From assembly GCA_964350605.1 (NCBI GenBank), contig CAYGKP010000003.1, forward strand, positions 1-37,681: 37,681 nt of DNA. Reading direction: 5' to 3'. Shown here piece after piece: positions 31,209 through 37,681 of this stretch (positions are counted from its first letter, which is position 1; each line of letters opens with the position of its first letter). The position numbers and the translations under genes were made by a program. Under the pieces are notes generated by a model that saw only the letters and a list, made by a program, of their open reading frames with translations, had not been told where the DNA came from and did not search any database. The stretch comes from an uncultured Cytophagales bacterium (GTDB taxonomy: Bacteria; Bacteroidota; Bacteroidia; Cytophagales; JAAEPT01).

Positions 31209-31657
31209 TGTTTGGTTTTTGTGTCGATCACCAAGGTGACGGGACCGTCGTTTTGCAGGTGGACTTGCATGTCGGCCCCGAAACGTCCCCGCGCGATCCG
31301 CCCGGGCAATAGGGATTCGAAATGGGCCACGGTTTGTTCGTACAATCCCTCAGCGATCTCGGGCGGTGCGGCGCGCATCCAGGACGGGCGGTTGCCTTTC
31401 TTGTAATCGGCCAGCAGGGTGAACTGGCTGACAAGCAGGAGCTTTCCTCCCACTTCTTCGAGCGAGCGGTTCATCTGGCCCGCCTTATCGGCGAACAACC
31501 GCAGACCAATGACCTTTCGGGCTAGCCATTCCCAGTCCATCGGTCCATCGTCGGGGGCAAAGCCCAGGAGCACCAGGTAGCCTTGCTCGATGGTGCCGAC
31601 CACGTTCCCATCAACTTCGACACGGGCTGTCAGACAACGTTGGATCACCGCTCGCAC
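31205..31657 (-). CDS. dtd: D-aminoacyl-tRNA deacylase
   Basis: RAVIQR, LRLF, VSQFTL, KGNRPS, FGADM and NDGPVT motifs. The real start is GTG 31657 (150 aa), and the longer ORF-track extension overlaps the divergent gene. Confidence 0.95.
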   Translation of the reverse strand: MRAVIQRCLTARVEVDGNVVGTIEQGYLVLLGFAPDDGPMDWEWLARKVIGLRLFADKAGQMNRSLEEVGGKLLLVSQFTLLADYKKGNRPSWMRAAPPEIAEGLYEQTVAHFESLLPGRIARGRFGADMQVHLQNDGPVTLVIDTKTKQ

Positions 31658-31735
31658 GGGGCAAAAGATAGGGAAGATACCCACACAACGCGCTTCCAGG
31701 GGGCGACCCCTTCGGGCTTTCGTACCTTGCAGACC

Positions 31736-34444
31736 GTGCGAAAACTTTTGGTCTATCTCTCGCTGGCGGCGTTGGCCGTTGCTGGGTACTACGGCTATCG
31801 CTGGTATCAACAACACCAACGCGCCCAGGGCATCTGGACGCTGATTCCTGACGACGCCATCGGGGTGGTCGAAATCGACGATGCCTTGACCCAATGGGAC
31901 CTGTTGAACGGGGCCCCCGCAGGTCAGCGGCTGTTGGGTCACCCACAACTCAAGTCGTTCGCGTCCGATGCGCGAAAGGTCATTGCCTTGGCCAAGTCCG
32001 AAGCCCCGGGGTTTGAGAAATATTTCGTGGGCCAGCAGGTCGCCTTCAGCATCCACCCCACCGAAGAGCAACAACTGGCGGCGCTGATCTACCTGCCACT
32101 CAACAAGCGGCAGCGCGAGGCGGCGAGTGATCTACTGCTCAGTTGGTCCCAGGACCAGACGATGGGCTTGACCCCCCACCAATTCGGCGGGCGGTCGGGC
32201 TACAAAAGCAGTAAAGGGTGGTGCATCCTCATTGAGCAGGAGACCTTGGTGCTGTCGCCCTCGGCATCGTTGTTCGACCATTTCCTTCAGCAAGTCGACC
32301 TGGAGCGCGAGACCCATCCCTTGGCCGAACGAAAGAGAGCTTTCGACCGCAGTTCGACCAGCGCGAGCCCGGTGTTGGTCTACCTCCAATTCTCGGCCAT
32401 GCGACAAGCCTTGGGCTTCAGCGCGGCGGACAAGAACCAGAGTTTCCCAGTTGTCAGCGCGATGGCCCAGGATGGGTTCTATGGCCTGGAAGTCAACGGC
32501 GATCAACTCAAGCTGACGGGCTTCAGTCGCCCAGGCGCGGAGACTGTTAGTCAGGTCGAGGCGTTTGAAGGTCAAGGGGCTGGCTCGAATGAAATCTTGG
32601 CCTTGTGCCCCACGCGTACGGCGGTGTTCTATGGCCTGCACTTCACGCGGTCCGATGCCCTGAAGGACGGCCTCAAGAAGTATTGGTGGGACCAACACCT
32701 GGGGGTCACCGACAAGTGGGACATGATCGAGCAAACCTTTGGGGCCGACATGGAAACCTTCCACGGATTGTTGGGTGGTCAGGCTGCGCTTGCCGTGGTG
32801 CCGCGCGAGGATGGTTCGACCGATCGGCTGGCTTTTTTCCGCTGCGAGGATGTGCAGGCGGTGCAAGCCTTCATGGCAAAACTGAAGACAGACACCAGCA
32901 GTGAAAAATTCTCGGGTGTGGAGATCGTGCCCTTGGACGCGGAAGACTTTCCTTCGGCGGTGTTTGGTCCGCCGTTCGGGTCATTTGGGGGGCAATGTGC
33001 GTACCTATTTTGGGAAGACCTGCTGGTCGTCGGAAATTCGACCAGTGCCCTGCGTCTCTGGCGCGATGACTTGGCGCGCGACGAGGTATGGGGCAAATCG
33101 GTCCGCTTCAATCGCTTTGCCGAGAAGAATCTCTCGTCGGGGAATGTGACTTGCTTAGTCAATTTCGCGCATGCGTTGCCGCTGTTGGCGGGTGCCTGGG
33201 AACCTGGGCACAAGGACCTGATCGACTTGGAGGCATTTGCAATACTGGACATGGCCGCATTTCAGTGGGCCATGGAGGAGGGACAGGCCTACACGCGGTT
33301 GGCCGTGTCGCTGGGTGAGGGGCGGACGGTGGCCTTACCAGAAGTGGCCGACGCACCGGAACTGGGGGAGGCCCAACGTTACGAGCTACCTGCTACTGTC
33401 ACCTCGCCCGTGTTCCTGGCTAAGAACCATGTGGATGGGACTTGGGAGATGGTCGTGCAGGACGAGCGCAATCGCCTCTATCTGCTCTCGCCCAAGGGAA
33501 AACGCCTCTGGGAGTACGAATTGGATGGCCCACTGGTCAGCGAGGTATTGCAGATCGATCGCTACAAAAACCGCAAGCTGCAACTGCTGCTTTCCACCCG
33601 CCACAAGGTGTATTGCATCGACCGATTGGGTCGGAAGGTGGAGCACTTCCCCTTCTCGGTGAAACACGACATCGAGAGTTGGAACGTGCTCGACTACGAC
33701 GGCTCGAAGAACTACCGCATTCTGCTTTCGAGCCCCGAGGGGGACTTGTACCTCTACAACGTCGAGGGTAAAAACTTGGAGGGCTGGCGGCCCTTCCGGA
33801 TTGGCGGAAAACCGGCTGTGCCGCCGCGTCACGTGCGGGTGGGGAAATCGGATTACATCCTGGGCCTGACGGCTTCGGGTTCGCTGCATGCCATGGAGCG
33901 AAAGGGCGCGTTGGGGAAGGGCTTCCCTTTCACCTTCGGGCCGCTGTCTGATGCGGGGTGGGTGATCCGCAACACGGGCAAGGCCTCGACCAGCTTTGTG
34001 GGGGTCATCACCGAGGCGAAACAACTGCTGCGCGTCAACTTCCTGGGCGAGCGTCAGACGAGTGCAGTGGTGCCCGCCGCGGAAGGAACCTTATCCCTTC
34101 AACTCCTGACCGATCAGCGGGACAAGCGTTTCGCAATTGCGCGGGTCGAAACCGAGCGGTTCAGCGTACTGGGCGAGAAGCTGAACCAGATTTTCGAGGT
34201 GAAGGGCACCTACTCGGGCAAGGAGAAGGTGCAATACCACGCCTTCAAGGAGTGGGAGCTGTTCACGCTTTGGAGCCCCGCAGATGGTTCGGTGAAGCTC
34301 TACGATGCGAGCGGGAAGAGCCTGCTCGCCGAGCCTCTCAAGTCGACCCAGCGCCCGACCCTCGGCTACGACGAGAAGAACCACGCCGCCGTCCTCTACC
34401 TGGTGGAAGGCAAGGAGGTTGTGGTGGTGAAGCTCGAACTCTAG
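31736..34444 (+). CDS. Large membrane-anchored protein (DUF3352-like N-terminal region, probable C-terminal beta-propeller)
   Basis: N-terminal TM anchor after GTG 31736 and IPDDAIGVVE. C-terminal NHVDG...QD...QIDRYKNRKLQ...DYDGSKNYR repeats typical of this Bacteroidota family. Confidence 0.8.
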   Translation: MRKLLVYLSLAALAVAGYYGYRWYQQHQRAQGIWTLIPDDAIGVVEIDDALTQWDLLNGAPAGQRLLGHPQLKSFASDARKVIALAKSEAPGFEKYFVGQQVAFSIHPTEEQQLAALIYLPLNKRQREAASDLLLSWSQDQTMGLTPHQFGGRSGYKSSKGWCILIEQETLVLSPSASLFDHFLQQVDLERETHPLAERKRAFDRSSTSASPVLVYLQFSAMRQALGFSAADKNQSFPVVSAMAQDGFYGLEVNGDQLKLTGFSRPGAETVSQVEAFEGQGAGSNEILALCPTRTAVFYGLHFTRSDALKDGLKKYWWDQHLGVTDKWDMIEQTFGADMETFHGLLGGQAALAVVPREDGSTDRLAFFRCEDVQAVQAFMAKLKTDTSSEKFSGVEIVPLDAEDFPSAVFGPPFGSFGGQCAYLFWEDLLVVGNSTSALRLWRDDLARDEVWGKSVRFNRFAEKNLSSGNVTCLVNFAHALPLLAGAWEPGHKDLIDLEAFAILDMAAFQWAMEEGQAYTRLAVSLGEGRTVALPEVADAPELGEAQRYELPATVTSPVFLAKNHVDGTWEMVVQDERNRLYLLSPKGKRLWEYELDGPLVSEVLQIDRYKNRKLQLLLSTRHKVYCIDRLGRKVEHFPFSVKHDIESWNVLDYDGSKNYRILLSSPEGDLYLYNVEGKNLEGWRPFRIGGKPAVPPRHVRVGKSDYILGLTASGSLHAMERKGALGKGFPFTFGPLSDAGWVIRNTGKASTSFVGVITEAKQLLRVNFLGERQTSAVVPAAEGTLSLQLLTDQRDKRFAIARVETERFSVLGEKLNQIFEVKGTYSGKEKVQYHAFKEWELFTLWSPADGSVKLYDASGKSLLAEPLKSTQRPTLGYDEKNHAAVLYLVEGKEVVVVKLEL

Positions 34445-34447
34445 TCC

Positions 34448-35635
34448 TTACTTCGACTTCGCGAGCGCCGCTTCGACCTCTGAAATGATGTCGTCGATGT
34501 GCTCCAATCCCGTCGAAATCCGAATGAGGCCCGGCGCGATGCCCACGGCCATCCGCTCGTCCTCGCTCAATTTGGAGTGCGTCGTCGAAGCCGGATGGGT
34601 CACAATCGTCCGCGTATCGCCCAAGTTCGCCGTGTGCGACAAGCGCTCGATCGAGTCGAGGAATTTGCGACCCCGCGCGATGCCGCCCTTGACCGCAAAG
34701 GTCACGATGCCGCCGCCGGCCTTCATCTGCTTTTTCGCCAAGGCGTGTTGCGGGTGCGAGGGCAGGAACGGGTACTTGACCCACTCCACTTCGGGATGGC
34801 CTTCCAGGTGCGTGGCCAGCTTGAGGGCGTTCTCGCAATGGCGATCCATGCGAACCGCCAGCGTCTCAAGACTCTTGGTAAGCACCCACGCATTGAACGG
34901 CGACATCGCCGGACCCGAGTGGCGGGCGAAGAAGCGCACCTTCGGGAGCAATTCGTTCGAGCAGAGAATCACCCCGCCGATCACGCGGCCCTGGCCGTCG
35001 ATGAACTTGGTGGCCGAGTGGGTCACGATATCGACGCCGAATTTTGCGGGTTGTTGCAGGTAGGGGGTGGCAAAGCAGTTGTCGACGTTTACTAGGATGC
35101 CGCGTGGCTTGGCGATCTTCATGAGCCACTCCAAATCGATCAGGTCGAGCGACGGGTTCGAGGGCGTCTCCAGGAAGATCATCTTGGTATTCGGCTGGAT
35201 GGCCGCCTCCCAGGTCTCCGGCTTGTCGATGTCCACGTATGTATGCTCGATGCCCCAACGCGGGAAAATCTGCGTGAGGATCTGGTGGGTCGAGCCGAAG
35301 ACCGAGCGCGAGACCAAAATGTGATCGCCCTTGTCGAGGAACGCCGCCATGCTGGTGAACACCGCCGACATGCCCGACGCGGTGGCAAAGCCTGTGTCGA
35401 GGCCTTCCAACTTGGCCATCTTCTCGATGAACTCGGTGACCGTGGGGTTCGAGAAGCGCGAGTAGATGTTGCCCGGCTCCTCGTCGGCAAACAGGGAGCG
35501 GGCTTGCTCTGCGTCCTCGAAGATGAAGGACGAGGTCAGATACAGGGGCGTGGAGTGCTCGCGGAAATCGCTGCGCTCGGTTTGATGGCGAATCGCGATG
35601 GATTCGAAGTGCTCGAAGGGTTTCTCTTGGCTCAT
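34448..35635 (-). CDS. metZ: O-succinyl/O-acetylhomoserine sulfhydrylase (Cys/Met metabolism PLP enzyme)
   Basis: EHSTPLYLTSSF, YSRFSNPT, ASGMSA, ETPSNP, VDNCFATP, HSATKFIDGQGR (PLP Lys) and NLGDTRT motifs. Start ATG 35635. Confidence 0.9.
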   Translation of the reverse strand: MSQEKPFEHFESIAIRHQTERSDFREHSTPLYLTSSFIFEDAEQARSLFADEEPGNIYSRFSNPTVTEFIEKMAKLEGLDTGFATASGMSAVFTSMAAFLDKGDHILVSRSVFGSTHQILTQIFPRWGIEHTYVDIDKPETWEAAIQPNTKMIFLETPSNPSLDLIDLEWLMKIAKPRGILVNVDNCFATPYLQQPAKFGVDIVTHSATKFIDGQGRVIGGVILCSNELLPKVRFFARHSGPAMSPFNAWVLTKSLETLAVRMDRHCENALKLATHLEGHPEVEWVKYPFLPSHPQHALAKKQMKAGGGIVTFAVKGGIARGRKFLDSIERLSHTANLGDTRTIVTHPASTTHSKLSEDERMAVGIAPGLIRISTGLEHIDDIISEVEAALAKSK

Positions 35636-35636
35636 G

Positions 35637-36065
35637 CTAAACAGGTTGCACGTCCAATTGGACGAGGCTCCAGGTAATGTTGGTGGTGGCTTCCAGGTGC
35701 TTGTGCACCGAACAGTATTTCTCGGTCGACAGCTTGATGGCCTTCTCGGCATTGGCAGTCGGCACCGCGGTGGGCAGGATGAATTCCAGGTTGATGTCAG
35801 TAAAGAGCGAGGGAACCACATTCGGTTCACGCTGGCCGTTCGCCTTGACGCGGTACCAGGCCGGCTCGGTTTTCATCTTCTTTAAGATGGACAGCACGTC
35901 CATCGAACTGCAGGCCGCCAGCGAGGCCAACAGCAACTGCATGGGGCGCATGCCCAGGCCCTCGCCGCCGAAGTCTGGCGAGCCGTCGAGTTGCACGCGG
36001 ATGCCTTCATCGTTGCGCGCCTCCAGGTGCAGTGCGGAATTTTTGCGGTCGAGGGTGATTTCCAT
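35637..36065 (-). CDS. OsmC/YhfA family protein
   Basis: RPMQLLLASLAACSSMDV and KYCSV motifs. Ends 1 nt before metZ. A -7-like TAGTTTCG box lies at 36085-36092. Confidence 0.9.
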   Translation of the reverse strand: MEITLDRKNSALHLEARNDEGIRVQLDGSPDFGGEGLGMRPMQLLLASLAACSSMDVLSILKKMKTEPAWYRVKANGQREPNVVPSLFTDINLEFILPTAVPTANAEKAIKLSTEKYCSVHKHLEATTNITWSLVQLDVQPV

Positions 36066-36227
36066 AAGAGCGGGAATGGCGGGGCGAAACTACGGCCTTT
36101 GCTGGGATGCGCCGCAGTGTTTGGCTTGGCAACCCATCTTGGCAGAATATTCTTTCGTTTTTATGCGAGGAAAACGGCTGTTAGGCACAGAAAGTTTTCA
36201 AAGATCGAACTTTTGCCGAAGAAAGTT

Positions 36228-36235
36228 TAGTTTTG
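36228..36235 (+). promoter_or_regulatory. -7 promoter element of sulfite/nitrite reductase gene
   Basis: TAGTTTTG perfect match. Confidence 0.65.
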
Positions 36236-36265
36236 TAGTCACATTCGAGCGCAACCAGATCCGCC

Positions 36266-37681
36266 ATGAGCGACCTTCAACTTTCTGAAAAAATCGATTC
36301 CCGCGCCCAGGAGGACATCCTGGACCTCAACGCGAAGATTCAATCCTTCCTGACCGGTGAGCAGGATGAGGAACGCTTCCGTGCGTTCCGCTTGGCGCGC
36401 GGTGTCTATGGCCAACGCCAAGAGGGTGTGCAGATGATCCGCATCAAGCTGCCCTATGGGCGTGTCAGCGCGGCGCAGCTCGTGAAAATCGCCGACGTGT
36501 CGGACAAATACGCGTCGGGCAACCTGCACGCGACCACGCGCCAGGACATTCAGATTCACTACGTCAAGCTGGCCGAGTCGCCGCTGGTCTGGGCCGAGTT
36601 GGAAGAGGAGGGAGTGACCCTGCGCGAAGCCTGTGGCAACACCGTTCGTAACGTGACCGCTTCGCCTTTTGCGGGCATCGACCCCGAGGAGGCCTTCGAT
36701 GTGAGCCCTTATGCCCACGCATTCTACGAGTACTTCCTGCGCAACCCGATTTGCCAGGAAATGGGCCGCAAGTTCAAGGTCGCCTTCTCGACCTCGCAGA
36801 AGGACTACGGCTTCACCTTCATGCACGATTTGGGTTTCATCCCCAAAATCGAGGGTGGCCAGCGTGGCTTCGAAGTGCGCGTCGGAGGTGGCCTCGGTTC
36901 GCAGCCCCGCATCGCGGACGTGGCCTACGACTTCCTGCCTGTTGACGAGTTTATTCCGTTCGCGGAAGCAGTGCTTCGGGTATTCGACCGCTACGGCGAA
37001 CGCGCTTCTCGCGGCAAAGCGCGGATGAAGTTCCTCCTCAAGAACCTCGGTCTCGAAGAATTCATGTCATTGGTAGAGGAGCAGAAGAAGGCCGTCATCA
37101 ACAAGACCTATGCGGTGGACGTCGCGGCGTACGATACGCCCGTTCCTGCCAGCCGCACCGACTTCCCTGTCGAGCAGCCAACCGACGCGAAGAAGTACGC
37201 CGCGTGGCGCGAAGTGAACGTCTTCGAGCAGAAGCAAGCAGGGTACTACGCGGTGACCATCAAGCTGCCGCAAGGCGACATGAAGACCGACACGGCCCGC
37301 AAGTTCGCGGACATCATCTCGGAAGGCTTTGCTGCCGACGACATCCGCGTGACGGTCAATCAGGGCTACCTACTCAAGTACACGCCGGAGGCTGCACTGG
37401 TTGGTCTGTTCAACCGCCTCGACGCGCTGGGCCTGGCTGAGCCGGGCTTTGACACCACTGCGGACATCACCGCGTGCCCCGGCACCGACACCTGCAACTT
37501 GGGCATCGCCAGTTCGATGGGCGCAGCCGCGGAGTTGGAGCGTGTGATTCTCACCGAGTACCCCGAACTGATCCGAAACCGCGACATCAAGATCAAAATC
37601 TCGGGTTGCATGAATGCCTGTGGCCAGCACAACATCGCGCAGATCGGCTTCCAGGGCATGACCATCAAGGCCAAGGACGGT
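36266..37681 (+). CDS. Siroheme/4Fe-4S sulfite (or nitrite) reductase, 3' end beyond window (absent from ORF track)
   Basis: Hand translation gives MSDLQLSEK...FRLARGVYGQRQ...MIRIKLPYG...TTRQDIQ...CGNTVRN...RKFK...CPGTDTCNLG...SGCMNACGQH. Adjacency to metZ favours an assimilatory sulfite reductase. Confidence 0.93.
   Translation, partial: MSDLQLSEKIDSRAQEDILDLNAKIQSFLTGEQDEERFRAFRLARGVYGQRQEGVQMIRIKLPYGRVSAAQLVKIADVSDKYASGNLHATTRQDIQIHYVKLAESPLVWAELEEEGVTLREACGNTVRNVTASPFAGIDPEEAFDVSPYAHAFYEYFLRNPICQEMGRKFKVAFSTSQKDYGFTFMHDLGFIPKIEGGQRGFEVRVGGGLGSQPRIADVAYDFLPVDEFIPFAEAVLRVFDRYGERASRGKARMKFLLKNLGLEEFMSLVEEQKKAVINKTYAVDVAAYDTPVPASRTDFPVEQPTDAKKYAAWREVNVFEQKQAGYYAVTIKLPQGDMKTDTARKFADIISEGFAADDIRVTVNQGYLLKYTPEAALVGLFNRLDALGLAEPGFDTTADITACPGTDTCNLGIASSMGAAAELERVILTEYPELIRNRDIKIKISGCMNACGQHNIAQIGFQGMTIKAKDG

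Noticed and set aside
31658-32074. N-terminal extension of Dtd as a fusion
   Set aside because: Artefact of the longest-ORF call. It is antisense to the large + strand gene, and a promoter box sits directly before GTG 31657
35636-35830. N-terminal extension of MetZ, or an OsmC-MetZ frameshift fusion
   Set aside because: Overlaps osmC in another frame. Homology starts at MSQEK, and osmC has its own stop 1 nt before the metZ ATG
36239-37674. Minus-strand ORFs at the right end and other long antisense ORFs across the window
   Set aside because: Shadow ORFs of high-GC coding strands. The + strand here encodes a clear sulfite/nitrite reductase

Overview
Chromosomal segment of a GC-rich Bacteroidota genome (roughly mid-50s % GC by eye). 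The assignment rests on a T9SS type-A C-terminal sorting domain, TAnnTTTG (-7) promoter boxes, signal peptides cleaved before Gln and a PorE-like protein. Left to right: the 3' part of tRNA-Cys; a SulP transporter with an extra C-terminal domain; glnK-amtB; an accessory block of secreted proteins (an unknown helical protein, two convergent genes carrying three copies of an uncharacterised beta-helix-like module, and a 1582-aa T9SS-secreted GH8 with nested domains); a CxxC-plug TonB-dependent transporter behind a DtxR/MntR-like palindrome; an EEP nuclease; a channel-like protein with a non-canonical filter; envelope genes; housekeeping genes (rnhB, gcvT, comB, ilvE, dtd); and a sulfur block (metZ, OsmC, a truncated sulfite/nitrite reductase). 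No transposase, integrase, CRISPR array or recognisable defence system was seen. The best leads are the 5.3-14.7 kb secreted-protein cluster, an unannotated 40-aa lipoprotein gene with its own promoter, two highly structured intergenic RNA candidates and apparently frequent leaderless transcription. All family calls come from motif recognition by eye, with no database searches.
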